Source of the DNA: a virus
Taxonomy: Duplodnaviria; Caudoviricetes
Strand: one strand, 5' to 3'
IMG/VR virus record: IMGVR_UViG_3300020050_015887
Span: 20,501-84,500 of that record
DNA length: 64,000 nucleotides
Shown here piece by piece: positions 29,364-38,725 of this stretch (within the stretch, counting starts at the first letter, position 1; every line of letters starts with the position of its first letter). Both the position numbers and the translations under genes were made by a program. The notes below the pieces were generated by a model. That model had not been told where the DNA came from and made no database searches. It worked only from the letters and a program-made list of their open reading frames with translations.

Positions 29364-30566
29364 TTAAACCATCTTTACAGTTTTACCAACCTTTTTCAAA
29401 GGATGATCAACTTGTCCTTGTTTAGAAATAATCCAAAGGATGTTATTATTAAGATGATATTTTCTATTGGCTTCACCATAATAACCGTCCGTCAACACGA
29501 CCGTAAGATCTGGTTGAAGCTTTTCAACCGTCTCTAACACACAGTTTGGATCGGTACCACCACCAGTAATATCTTTAGAGTTTAAATCTTTGCGCAATTT
29601 GTATTTAATTGTGTTACGCATTGCTGTATCCCAAAAACTTAGCTTACAATCATTCTCACCAACTTTTAAGAAACCATCAATAACCTTTAAGCACTCATTA
29701 ATTTCTTTATATGAAATACTACCGGACACATCCATAAAAAAGTGAATGCTTGGTAATTTAGCTTTGGTTGTACCAGGAGCATAAACACCATAACGTTTAT
29801 TAGGCCGGTTCCATGTGCTTGCACGGTTTTTTGACGTTGCAGTTTTCTTAATACAAGCAGCTAAAATACGTTTATAGTCAAGCGCACCAATTTGGCTATC
29901 AATCTTTTGAATCAAATCCCGCATAAAATCTGGAATGTTGCTATGACCAAACTTTGTTTTATCAATAGTGCGTTCAAAAATATCTTTGGTTTGTTCTAAA
30001 AATTTACGTTTTTCACTCTCAGACAATTGGTCAAACCAATCGTGAACGTCAAATTCTCCACCCTCACCAGTATATTTCTTTAGTTCTTCTTTAGTTTCTT
30101 CAGTAAGATTTTCAGGATGTTCTAAAAGGTCTAGATACAACTCAAACAATTTTTGTTCAGGAAAAGGTTGTGGTTTCTTATTATCATCAATATAAGAAAA
30201 CTTCTTAACGTCAACACAATCAGCAGGCAAGCCTGGAATGTATTGATTAATTGCCATATCCATAGCAATGTTTAATAATTTTTTATCATTCTTTTCAAAC
30301 TCAAACGCTCTAAAAATATGTTGGTGAACAAAATGAAGAATTTCATGCCACAATACGGCACCACGTTCAACCGTTGTTTTAGCAGCAAACCATTCATAAT
30401 TGATTTCAATCCAAAACAATGCGCGTTCTTTATCGTACATTAACGCAGCAGTTGGAATACGATTTGTATATCGAATATTAACTTCTTGAATTAATGCAGC
30501 ATAGAATGCATTTTTCTTAGAAAGTTCGTAAATTGCAGATTCAAGATATTTGCTATCAAAATTCAT
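29364..30566 (-). CDS. HExxH metallopeptidase-like + VWA domain protein (DUF2201 type)
   Basis: VLWHEILH; NIAMDMAIN; MIDAS DVSGS; GGGTD; VLTDG. Confidence 0.85.
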   Translation of the reverse strand: MNFDSKYLESAIYELSKKNAFYAALIQEVNIRYTNRIPTAALMYDKERALFWIEINYEWFAAKTTVERGAVLWHEILHFVHQHIFRAFEFEKNDKKLLNIAMDMAINQYIPGLPADCVDVKKFSYIDDNKKPQPFPEQKLFELYLDLLEHPENLTEETKEELKKYTGEGGEFDVHDWFDQLSESEKRKFLEQTKDIFERTIDKTKFGHSNIPDFMRDLIQKIDSQIGALDYKRILAACIKKTATSKNRASTWNRPNKRYGVYAPGTTKAKLPSIHFFMDVSGSISYKEINECLKVIDGFLKVGENDCKLSFWDTAMRNTIKYKLRKDLNSKDITGGGTDPNCVLETVEKLQPDLTVVLTDGYYGEANRKYHLNNNILWIISKQGQVDHPLKKVGKTVKMV

Positions 30567-30583
30567 TTGTTCACCTTTTAATA

Positions 30584-30612
30584 ATTATAATACAAATCTA
30601 TAATAAAAGCAA
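30584..30612 (-). promoter_or_regulatory. sigma70-type promoter for the VWA gene
   Basis: TTGCTT-17-TATAAT. Confidence 0.6.
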
Positions 30613-30648
30613 GAAAAATATGTCCCGTTTTGGTCACACTACGGGACA
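30613..30648 (-). terminator. Intrinsic terminator after the AAA+ gene
   Basis: TGTCCCGT/ACGGGACA stem followed by TATTTTTC on - strand. Confidence 0.55.
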
Positions 30649-30700
30649 AGAGTGTCGAAAGGAGAGAAGCCGATAGCTTCAATTGACCATCCAGACGATA

Positions 30701-31756
30701 TTAGTCTTTTAGACGAGATTTTAGGTGTTCAGTAAGTTCTTTACTGCTACCAATGATACGCTCAGCCAACTTTTCTTCATTACGAACAAAACTTAGTTCT
30801 TTAATAAGAACAATAGCTTGGTCGGCTGGAATGGTGAGTAACACTTCTCTTAGCAAGTCATCAGAAATTTCATTTGTTTTAATGATATCCTTAATGGTGA
30901 TGCTAATTTGAGCGTTATTATACGATTTTGGATTGCTGTATGTTTCTAGGCGACCCAATGCCTTTTTCTTAGTTTTTGCATTAGCTAAATTCTCATACAA
31001 CACGGGTACTTCATTGTACAAGAAGCTGTAAAATGCATTACCGTAGTTATCACCAAGAATAGATTGAAATACTTCAAGTTCCATTTCTCGGGGAATACCA
31101 GCGGCTAATACACTATTTACTTGAGCAAAAGAACGTGGCGACACATACTTATTACCAGTGTTCTCAGCAACTTTTTCTGGGTTAACGTATTTCCAGATAC
31201 CACTTTGCACAAACATAACCAGACGTTCATCCCATTTGTTAACTTCCATATAATCAACAAACGTTTTTTGGTCATATTCTACTTCAAACATGACGAAACG
31301 ATTTTTAAGTGCGCTATCCATGACGTTAACATCATAGGATTCGGTTTCTGGGTTAATGGCACCAACAATCAACCATCCTTCGGGAAGATGGTATTCATGG
31401 ATCTTACGGTCGGTGAGAAGTTGCATAAACGTGTTCATAACGCTTGTAGTACCGCGATTGGGTTCTTCAAGTAGCAACACCCCTTCACCGGTAGTGGGAA
31501 GCCAGCTTGGTGGATTATGCACAGTAACTTGACGATCACCAACTAGCGTGATGCTAGGAAATCCAATGATGTCTGGTGCCTCAAGATATGCTGCACGCAA
31601 ATCAATAAATGGCATGTTATTTTCAGCACACCATTGTTGAATTACACTACTTTTCGCGACTCCTGGGGGTCCCACAAACAGCGGGTTAAGCAACCCCTTG
31701 GATTTACGAACATTTCTTGCCATGTCTAGAACGTTTTTAATTTGCGATGGTTTCAT
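30701..31756 (-). CDS. MoxR-like AAA+ ATPase
   Basis: VGPPGVAKS Walker A; LLLEEPNR Walker B; GAINP; DSALKNRF; SPRS. Confidence 0.88.
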   Translation of the reverse strand: MKPSQIKNVLDMARNVRKSKGLLNPLFVGPPGVAKSSVIQQWCAENNMPFIDLRAAYLEAPDIIGFPSITLVGDRQVTVHNPPSWLPTTGEGVLLLEEPNRGTTSVMNTFMQLLTDRKIHEYHLPEGWLIVGAINPETESYDVNVMDSALKNRFVMFEVEYDQKTFVDYMEVNKWDERLVMFVQSGIWKYVNPEKVAENTGNKYVSPRSFAQVNSVLAAGIPREMELEVFQSILGDNYGNAFYSFLYNEVPVLYENLANAKTKKKALGRLETYSNPKSYNNAQISITIKDIIKTNEISDDLLREVLLTIPADQAIVLIKELSFVRNEEKLAERIIGSSKELTEHLKSRLKD

Positions 31757-31811
31757 TTAACTACTATCTCCTTTTGGTTAATGCTTTATATTATGTATAT
31801 TAACATGACTA

Positions 31812-32060
31812 TTATAATTTGTCTAGTAAATTGTTTACGGTGGTAGAAATAATTTCTTTTTTTAAAGCGTTTTCACAATCTTTTTTAGTTGCTCTATTAT
31901 CTAACCACAAAGCCATTTTATCTTTTATAACACTTTTTAAATGATTTGTTTGATATGTTAAATCTTCTTTTCCAAATTCAGGATAAAATACAGTAAGTAA
32001 AAATATATATTCGTTTAAAGTTACATAAATTTCATCACAGCCAAGTTTAATACAAATCAT
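31812..32060 (-). CDS. C-terminal-tag family small protein
   Basis: Ends ISTTVNNLLDKL. Confidence 0.65.
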   Translation of the reverse strand: MICIKLGCDEIYVTLNEYIFLLTVFYPEFGKEDLTYQTNHLKSVIKDKMALWLDNRATKKDCENALKKEIISTTVNNLLDKL

Positions 32061-32061
32061 A

Positions 32062-32322
32062 TTATTTTAATAATTTATCTATGTTAGTGGTAAAATTATC
32101 TTTTAAAATTAATTCATTAATAATGGGCATTCCCTTTGCGTCATAGTCGGTATCCAACACATAATTAATGTTTTGGCTAATAAAACAAGCTACATTCATT
32201 TTTTTAAATAAACCGGTAGATAAATAATCTTTGTGAACAAAATAAACACTTTCCATATCTTTATCTTCAACGTTTTTATTTAATGCCAAATCGGTGATAT
32301 AATCGTATAAAAAATATCTCAT
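32062..32322 (-). CDS. C-terminal-tag family small protein
   Basis: Ends FTTNIDKLLK. Confidence 0.65.
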   Translation of the reverse strand: MRYFLYDYITDLALNKNVEDKDMESVYFVHKDYLSTGLFKKMNVACFISQNINYVLDTDYDAKGMPIINELILKDNFTTNIDKLLK

Positions 32323-32795
32323 AAAATTACCTCAAGTTGTTGATTTACCAATGTAATTTGAGTGGGTAAAGAAGCGTCAAATACACACAAACAGCTAGGT
32401 TTTGTATTACTGGACGTACTGCCGTCAAATTGAATTCTACCAGAAATAATAAAAATTTGATTAGGTAGGCTATCTTTAAAATATTTGGTTGTTATCTTCT
32501 CTAGGGGTATGAGCATAACAATTTTAGCACCCTTATCACGCTCTATATGGGCTTTAGCAAGCCAATCATACGCATTTGAATAGGGAGGGTTACACCAAGC
32601 ATATCCGTTGATTTTATGCCATTCTTGTTGAAAACTGTCTATTCCTTGGTTGTAATAATAGCCGTTAATACATTTAGAATTGTGTGTTTCACATGCTAAA
32701 TCCCACACAAAATTGTATTTGTTGTTCACGATATTATAAAACCAATCCGGTGTTACCCAATTGTCCTTGCCACTAGAATGTTCAACAAGTTTCAT
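32319..32795 (-). CDS. Phage DNA N6-adenine methyltransferase
   Basis: DNWVTPDW; WDLAC; WCNPPYS; GRIQF. Confidence 0.85.
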   Translation of the reverse strand: MKLVEHSSGKDNWVTPDWFYNIVNNKYNFVWDLACETHNSKCINGYYYNQGIDSFQQEWHKINGYAWCNPPYSNAYDWLAKAHIERDKGAKIVMLIPLEKITTKYFKDSLPNQIFIISGRIQFDGSTSSNTKPSCLCVFDASLPTQITLVNQQLEVIL

Positions 32796-33049
32796 GCCAA
32801 CACCTTTTCAATAACATTATTGATGTTACGTTGTTTTAACCAAATAATAAAATTGGGGTTATGTTGAAATAACGGGTCAAGAGTTAAAAAATACGGTTTT
32901 TGAAGTGTATTTAAATAGGTATAAAAATAATCTTTATTTACAAAACCGTTATAACCGTCATCGTTATAAAACGACAAACAAAATTCTCTGTACAACTCAG
33001 GGTCAACTTGTATTTCTTCTGTTCCAATTTTTATTGTTAATAACTTCAT
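32792..33049 (-). CDS. C-terminal-tag family small protein
   Basis: Ends INNVIEKVLA. Confidence 0.7.
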   Translation of the reverse strand: MKLLTIKIGTEEIQVDPELYREFCLSFYNDDGYNGFVNKDYFYTYLNTLQKPYFLTLDPLFQHNPNFIIWLKQRNINNVIEKVLA

Positions 33050-33411
33050 AACTTATTATACCCCGTTTCAGTTGTATAATAAACATTTTTTATTCCATAT
33101 TGCTTAATAATTTCTTGACACACTGAACAAGGTTTAGACATGGCCATGCTACCGTCTTGCAATTCTCTATACACGTAAATGCTTCCACCTTGGGTTTCTT
33201 CTATAGACAATCCCAATAAGGTTTTAAATTCTGCATGGATATAACCACCCCAACCTTTACTTTTTGTATGGGTTTTAGTCATGTCGTTAGAAGCAAAGTT
33301 TAATACCCGATGTTTTTTATCTAGAACAACGGCACCAAGTTTAAATTTACTATTGGATTTTTGGGCAGACTTCTTGGCTAGTCTAAAAAATTGCTTTTTC
33401 ATTTTAAACAT
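33046..33411 (-). CDS. Cytidine/deoxycytidylate deaminase-family protein
   Basis: LGAVV; IHAEF; SKPCSVC. Confidence 0.85.
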   Translation of the reverse strand: MFKMKKQFFRLAKKSAQKSNSKFKLGAVVLDKKHRVLNFASNDMTKTHTKSKGWGGYIHAEFKTLLGLSIEETQGGSIYVYRELQDGSMAMSKPCSVCQEIIKQYGIKNVYYTTETGYNKL

Positions 33412-33680
33412 TTCTCAACATTATCTAAAATGATTAATTGTAATTTATGTTCTTTATATATTTCATGAACATCACAGCCATCAAACCAAATACAAAATTT
33501 GCCGTCTATATTTTTACAACACCAATTATATAATAAAAAATCATCGATTTGTTCAAATAAATAATTAATCTGTGTTTCTGAAAGAACTATAGTTGTTAAA
33601 GGTTGCGCGTCCGATTTAACTCCTTCTCCGTCTGGTGTCATGTCGGCAACACTATAAATTTTTATTATCCGATCCATCAC
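33399..33680 (-). CDS. C-terminal-tag family small protein
   Basis: Ends ILDNVEKCLK. Confidence 0.65.
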   Translation of the reverse strand: MMDRIIKIYSVADMTPDGEGVKSDAQPLTTIVLSETQINYLFEQIDDFLLYNWCCKNIDGKFCIWFDGCDVHEIYKEHKLQLIILDNVEKCLK

Positions 33681-33689
33681 ATTATTATA

Positions 33690-33956
33690 TCACAGGCTAT
33701 TAATAATGTCATCTACTGGTTTACTAAAAATTACTTCTTTAATTAATTTTACCGTTTCAGGAAAACTATATACAATTGGTCCTTTGTCGCCATGTATTTG
33801 TTTAAATGAACCTAAGCTGCTATGTTTAAATTTATAATAATTATCATGTGCTTTGACTATTGCTTCAGCCGTAGATTCGTTTACGATATACGTTGAAACG
33901 GTGAAACTACCATCATTTGTATCGTTATATTCAATTAATTGAATATTATATTGCAT
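33690..33956 (-). CDS. C-terminal-tag family small protein
   Basis: Ends FSKPVDDIINSL. Confidence 0.6.
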   Translation of the reverse strand: MQYNIQLIEYNDTNDGSFTVSTYIVNESTAEAIVKAHDNYYKFKHSSLGSFKQIHGDKGPIVYSFPETVKLIKEVIFSKPVDDIINSL

Positions 33957-34620
33957 TTAATAACTCTTTGTTTTTCTTAAGTGAATAATTAATAAACACT
34001 TCTTTACCGAGAACAGGCCAAAATAATTTAGCTGTATTGTATAACTTTTTTACAAGTGCCATCTTATCGTACTCGCCTGTAAAATTTTCACATAGTTCTA
34101 AAGTACCATCTTCTTTGAAAAACAACCAAACTCTATCACCTTCTTTATACTCAGTGTCTTCAATAGCATCAACAATTTTTGTTTCATTTGTGCGTTCTGA
34201 AGTCATAGTTGTTTGACTGAGAGTTTTTCTACTACTCCAACGTTTAACGTCTTGAACGTTTAAAGCTTCTTTAATATACCTGTGATATACTTCTACGTAA
34301 TCATTTTTATCGTATAGAATGCTATTGATAACATCTTTAATAAAATCACGTAGTGCTTGTTCGCGATTACCAGAACGGATAGCACTTCCCTTGTAAGTGA
34401 TATCCCCGTCACTATCTAACATTACGTAGTTCTTAGCCTTGAACACTATCGTTTTACGGAAATACCCATCTGGTGCAAAATTAATAAGCTCAGGAAATAA
34501 TCCGTTTAACTCTTCTAATAAATCGTGTTGTTCTTGTTCTGTAAATTCAGAACCATCTGGTTTATTAACCATAATCGAATCAGTGTCAGCATTGGTTAAA
34601 ATAAAATTATAGGTTTTCAT
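33946..34620 (-). CDS. Family B DNA polymerase, C-terminal part (motif C palm/thumb)
   Basis: TNADTDS (motif C); KAKNYVM; YKGS. Confidence 0.85.
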   Translation of the reverse strand: MKTYNFILTNADTDSIMVNKPDGSEFTEQEQHDLLEELNGLFPELINFAPDGYFRKTIVFKAKNYVMLDSDGDITYKGSAIRSGNREQALRDFIKDVINSILYDKNDYVEVYHRYIKEALNVQDVKRWSSRKTLSQTTMTSERTNETKIVDAIEDTEYKEGDRVWLFFKEDGTLELCENFTGEYDKMALVKKLYNTAKLFWPVLGKEVFINYSLKKNKELLNAI

Positions 34621-34889
34621 TTTAATACACTCTCAACAACATTATTAATTTTGTTTTGTTGTAAAACGGTTTCAATTGTCAAATATATAGGCTTAGGAAC
34701 AAAAAATAATTCATCTTGTATGTTACCAAATACAAAACCACCTTGTGATACTCTATATTTGTTTAAAACCCAATATAATGACATCTTTTTTTGTTGAATA
34801 AAATATTTATCCAAAATAATTTCTTTTGAATTATCAATTTCTAAACGACTATTTTCAAGAGTATAAATTACAATCATTCTACATTCCAT
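34617..34889 (-). CDS. C-terminal-tag family small protein between the polymerase halves
   Basis: Ends INNVVESVLK; ATGA overlap with the polB C-part. Confidence 0.7.
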   Translation of the reverse strand: MECRMIVIYTLENSRLEIDNSKEIILDKYFIQQKKMSLYWVLNKYRVSQGGFVFGNIQDELFFVPKPIYLTIETVLQQNKINNVVESVLK

Positions 34890-36385
34890 TCTTTATAAGA
34901 TTTTCCCGTTGCCCATTTAATGGATGTTTCTAAAATTTCTCTACCTTTTCTAGTCACTTCAGAAGCAGAATTAGAATCGTTAAAACACAAACCGGGCGCA
35001 CCAAGCAACCCGTAGGAACTATTGATAAAAATTTTCCTTGAGTTACTTACATCTTCATAATACTTATTTTTGGTTTTATTGTATTCTTGTTTGTCTAGAA
35101 GTCTTTGGTCTGTAAAATACTTTAAGATTTTAAGGAACACTTTCTGTGGGTCTTTAAATTTAGGGTAAATTTCATATTGCAACATGACGCTAGGGTACAA
35201 ACTGCTGATATCCCACTTGATGCAATTTGACCAAATCCCGGGATTGCCCCAGCTAATTGCTCCTGTAAACTCTCTACCCTCACTAGTTTTAGGAATGCTA
35301 TGTCCTTGTTGTAAATAAGCACGCACAAGCATTGAATTAACTTGGCTACCAGTTGCACTTTCAACAATTGATTGAAATGCTTTAGGTACGTTTTGAGCAA
35401 AATAAAATGTTGGTGCAATCATTAAATCATACAATTTTAATGCATCGTCGGCGTCGTGTTCGCAATATTGTTTAATCTTTTCCCATTCTGTTTTATCTTT
35501 ATAATTATGTCTAATGGTAGATGCATCATAAAATACTCGATTAGGGTCTTCCAAACCTTCTTTACTGATAATAGGTTTTAACCCATAGCTATCGTATTTC
35601 TTTTTAACAACATCATATCTAATAGCAACAAACAAAGTGTCACAAATTTCACGTCCAAAACAACGCACCTTATGATAGTTTAAAAATTGTGTCTGGTCTT
35701 TACGAAACTTACTTTCATATTGTTCAAACACAATGTCACTACCGTCTCTACCTAATTCTAAAGATGTTAGGTGTTCTTGTGCGCATAAATTTAAATAGGG
35801 TAGGTCAAACGAATAGATATTATGTCCAATGATAATTGAAGGGTCTTTTTCTCTTACCCATTTGCACCAAGCTTTAATCATTTCACCCTGGTTTGCATAA
35901 TCATCGTAAGCAAATAGTTTACGTTCAATAACGCCATTTTTGCGGAATGTATTAGAAATTAATAAAACCTTGTCTTTCGATGTATATTCTAAACTTGTGG
36001 TTTCAATGTCAAAAGAAAGAATTGACACTTCTTTATAATCCATACCTTTATAATAAGTGTATCCTTCTTTAACTAGAAAAGATTCTTTAGCGTCATAAAT
36101 AGAATAAATGTCTTTTTCTTTAAAAAACCGACGAGCTTTAATAAAGTCTAATCTTTCATTAAACTTTTTACCCCACTTGTAATGTAAGTCACCTTTTAAA
36201 CGAATGCTTTTTTCATCAAGCTTTTCATTAGATAAAATCCAATAACTATTTTTTACAAATTGTTTGGTAATGGTGCCGTCTTGGTTTTCAATAAATAATA
36301 ACGTTTGTTCATCTAAGGGTTCAACAGAAACAATACGCTCAAGGTCTTGTTTACCGTACACTAAATTTTTAATTTCATTGTCCAT
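34874..36385 (-). CDS. Family B DNA polymerase, N-terminal part (3'-5' exonuclease + motifs A and B)
   Basis: FDIETT; GHNIYSFD; YCEHDA; WDISSLYPS; KIFINSSYG; no motif C. Confidence 0.88.
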   Translation of the reverse strand: MDNEIKNLVYGKQDLERIVSVEPLDEQTLLFIENQDGTITKQFVKNSYWILSNEKLDEKSIRLKGDLHYKWGKKFNERLDFIKARRFFKEKDIYSIYDAKESFLVKEGYTYYKGMDYKEVSILSFDIETTSLEYTSKDKVLLISNTFRKNGVIERKLFAYDDYANQGEMIKAWCKWVREKDPSIIIGHNIYSFDLPYLNLCAQEHLTSLELGRDGSDIVFEQYESKFRKDQTQFLNYHKVRCFGREICDTLFVAIRYDVVKKKYDSYGLKPIISKEGLEDPNRVFYDASTIRHNYKDKTEWEKIKQYCEHDADDALKLYDLMIAPTFYFAQNVPKAFQSIVESATGSQVNSMLVRAYLQQGHSIPKTSEGREFTGAISWGNPGIWSNCIKWDISSLYPSVMLQYEIYPKFKDPQKVFLKILKYFTDQRLLDKQEYNKTKNKYYEDVSNSRKIFINSSYGLLGAPGLCFNDSNSASEVTRKGREILETSIKWATGKSYKEWNVE

Positions 36386-36629
36386 TATTATGGGTTCCAA
36401 TTAATTGATCTAGTTTATTGGTTAATTTATTATTAAACTGTTGTTGATGAACTTCTAACATAATTTGATCAATCGTTAAATTCATAAAACAAGATTGATC
36501 GTTATTTTTAAAATAGATAATACAATGGCTATTAGATTCTTGATAGATATAGGCAACGTCTTCGTATTTAAAACAACACTTGTTGCCGTCGGTACCTGTT
36601 ACAATAATCCAATCACCAAGCATTAGCAC
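36375..36629 (-). CDS. C-terminal-tag family protein, FlbD-like body
   Basis: WIIVTGTDG..F..EDVAYI; near-terminal LTNKLDQLIG. Confidence 0.6.
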   Translation of the reverse strand: MLMLGDWIIVTGTDGNKCCFKYEDVAYIYQESNSHCIIYFKNNDQSCFMNLTIDQIMLEVHQQQFNNKLTNKLDQLIGTHNNGQ

Positions 36630-38586
36630 TTTCTTTTTCTTGTTTTCTAGCTTCCTTAATATCGTCTAATCTACGAGATTCTTCAAAGGTTAAATCTCTT
36701 ACCGTGCCACTTAAACCGTCCCAATATTGATCGATCTTGAAAAGTCCACCCATGCGGTTTTTCAGACAGGTAATAGATAAAAATTTATCATCTTCTGGGT
36801 GTTCAGGATGAAACCCTGGGCGGTTGATACCCAACATTACCGACACTGCTTGTGCTACCGCTGAAGAACCTTTAGCTGCTTGGTATGTTGTGATGGTGTC
36901 TGCCGGATTAGCATACACTTTACCGGGTTGTAATAGTGAAATAACGCAACAATTAAATTTATGGGAAATTTCCCGAAGCTTTTGTGCAACTAATGCACTA
37001 CTAGCCGTAGCATCACCCATTTCAGTTAAAATTAACTCATTATAATCTACAATAACCAACCGAGACTTTTGTCCGCGTTTTTCCTCTACCGCACGAATTG
37101 TTTCTTCAATTTGTGGAATAGTTTGTCCTGCGTCAAAACAAAACTCAATATTTTTGTATTCTTTTTGTAGTAGTTCTAAAACCTGGCGTTCAAATTCTGG
37201 GTCTTGTTGTTTCATCTTATTAAAGATTGCCTCAGATTGTAAACCCATGTGTTTTTGTACTAACTTTTGAATAACAAGGGAATGATACATGTCATATGAA
37301 AGAAAAATACAAAGCTCATTGTTCTTACTCATGGTGTTTAAAATTTGAATAGCAATGCTGGTTTTACCCGTTGAAGGAGGAGCAACAATACCAACAAACA
37401 TACCAATTGTTAGTCGAACACGTTCATCCAAAGCTTTAATACCCGTTTTAATTGTTAGCTTATCGATGTTAGTAGCATAGTCTTTAAACAAACCAAATGC
37501 GTCGTGAATTTGGATAGTTTTTTGTTCGTGCTTTTTACAAGCATGTTCACCAAGGGATTGACAATAATCGTGTAGTGGTCCTTCTACTTCACATGAATAT
37601 TGGCCGCCTTGCCACGTTGTACTGTATACAGATTCGAGAATGTTTTCCCAAATTTCATCTGTACTAAACTCATCTTGATTAAACTTTCTAGCTTGTTTTT
37701 TTACGGCAGATTTAAGCATATAATATGCTGTTTCTCTGTCATATCCTAAACCACGACATGTTGCGGCTAATGTAAGCAATGCTTGATGGCGATTGCCACT
37801 TTCAAAGTTACCCTGGAGAAGTGACCACTTGCAATTTCTCCATTCTTTGGGTTTATCTGAAAAGTCACTAGTAACAACTTTTGTATTTGTTTGTTGTACT
37901 TCAGACGTTAATTTGTTTGTTGTATCCCTGGTAAGCTTACTAAACTCGTTAATACCTGGTAAAACGCTTTTAACAACGTTTCTATCAAGCTTCCTAGGGG
38001 TAGATGCCAATTTAACAATCTCATCAATTGGAAGAGATTCTAGTTCTTCTAATGTCAAGGGAATTTTATACAAACCACTGTTTGGATGACGGCTATTGGG
38101 CAAGCGAATAATACGTACCGGATCTGCAACAACTGTATCGATTGTATTATATTTTTTATTAAAATTAGATAGTACACTTTTAAGATGAACAGGATTAATA
38201 AACTCTGTTAGATATACTTCTAAACAAAATCCTTTACTACCAGTAAAAGAACAATGAATACTTTCTTCAGAAATTCCATAATTAACTAAATCAAGTGCTA
38301 ACGCCGTAGATTGTTTTTGAGCTTCTTTTAAATCTTTTGAATCTAGATCAAAAAATAAACGATTAGACTGAGTATCTTTAATACCAGCAAATGAACCGGT
38401 TTGTTCAAAAATACTTTTTTGTGCTTCATTATAATAATATAAACTTGTATAGTAGTCTTTTTTATTATCAATAATTAAATCATCATTCAAACTAAAGTTT
38501 TGTTCTACGGTAAGATTTGGATTAACTTCAATTAAAGTGGCTTTGCTTGTTAAGCCTTGTTTTAAGGCGATAAAATATTTTTGCAC
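36613..38586 (-). CDS. Primase-helicase (AEP-like primase + SF4/DnaB-like helicase)
   Basis: LFFDLD, FTGSKG; GNRHQ; APPSTGKT; LVIVDY; KNRMG; GTG start with SD. Confidence 0.85.
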   Translation of the reverse strand: MQKYFIALKQGLTSKATLIEVNPNLTVEQNFSLNDDLIIDNKKDYYTSLYYYNEAQKSIFEQTGSFAGIKDTQSNRLFFDLDSKDLKEAQKQSTALALDLVNYGISEESIHCSFTGSKGFCLEVYLTEFINPVHLKSVLSNFNKKYNTIDTVVADPVRIIRLPNSRHPNSGLYKIPLTLEELESLPIDEIVKLASTPRKLDRNVVKSVLPGINEFSKLTRDTTNKLTSEVQQTNTKVVTSDFSDKPKEWRNCKWSLLQGNFESGNRHQALLTLAATCRGLGYDRETAYYMLKSAVKKQARKFNQDEFSTDEIWENILESVYSTTWQGGQYSCEVEGPLHDYCQSLGEHACKKHEQKTIQIHDAFGLFKDYATNIDKLTIKTGIKALDERVRLTIGMFVGIVAPPSTGKTSIAIQILNTMSKNNELCIFLSYDMYHSLVIQKLVQKHMGLQSEAIFNKMKQQDPEFERQVLELLQKEYKNIEFCFDAGQTIPQIEETIRAVEEKRGQKSRLVIVDYNELILTEMGDATASSALVAQKLREISHKFNCCVISLLQPGKVYANPADTITTYQAAKGSSAVAQAVSVMLGINRPGFHPEHPEDDKFLSITCLKNRMGGLFKIDQYWDGLSGTVRDLTFEESRRLDDIKEARKQEKESANAW

Positions 38587-38654
38587 TTATGTTTCCTTTG
38601 AGTAGATAAAATACATTGTGGTGTAATTATATCACACTTTCTTACGTTTGTTCA

Positions 38655-38699
38655 ACAAAAACCCCAGAAATTCTACAGAGGATATAGAAAATCTGGGGT
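38655..38699 (-). terminator. Intrinsic terminator hairpin
   Basis: ACCCCAGA...TCTGGGGT stem with inner TTCTA/TAGAA, then TTTTGTT on - strand. Confidence 0.6.
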
Positions 38700-38725
38700 A
38701 GTTGGGGTATTTGCAGACAGGGTAA

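Noticed and set aside
30701-31756. sigma54 enhancer-binding activator
   Set aside because: No GAFTGA loop or C-terminal HTH; the adjacent VWA gene indicates MoxR type.
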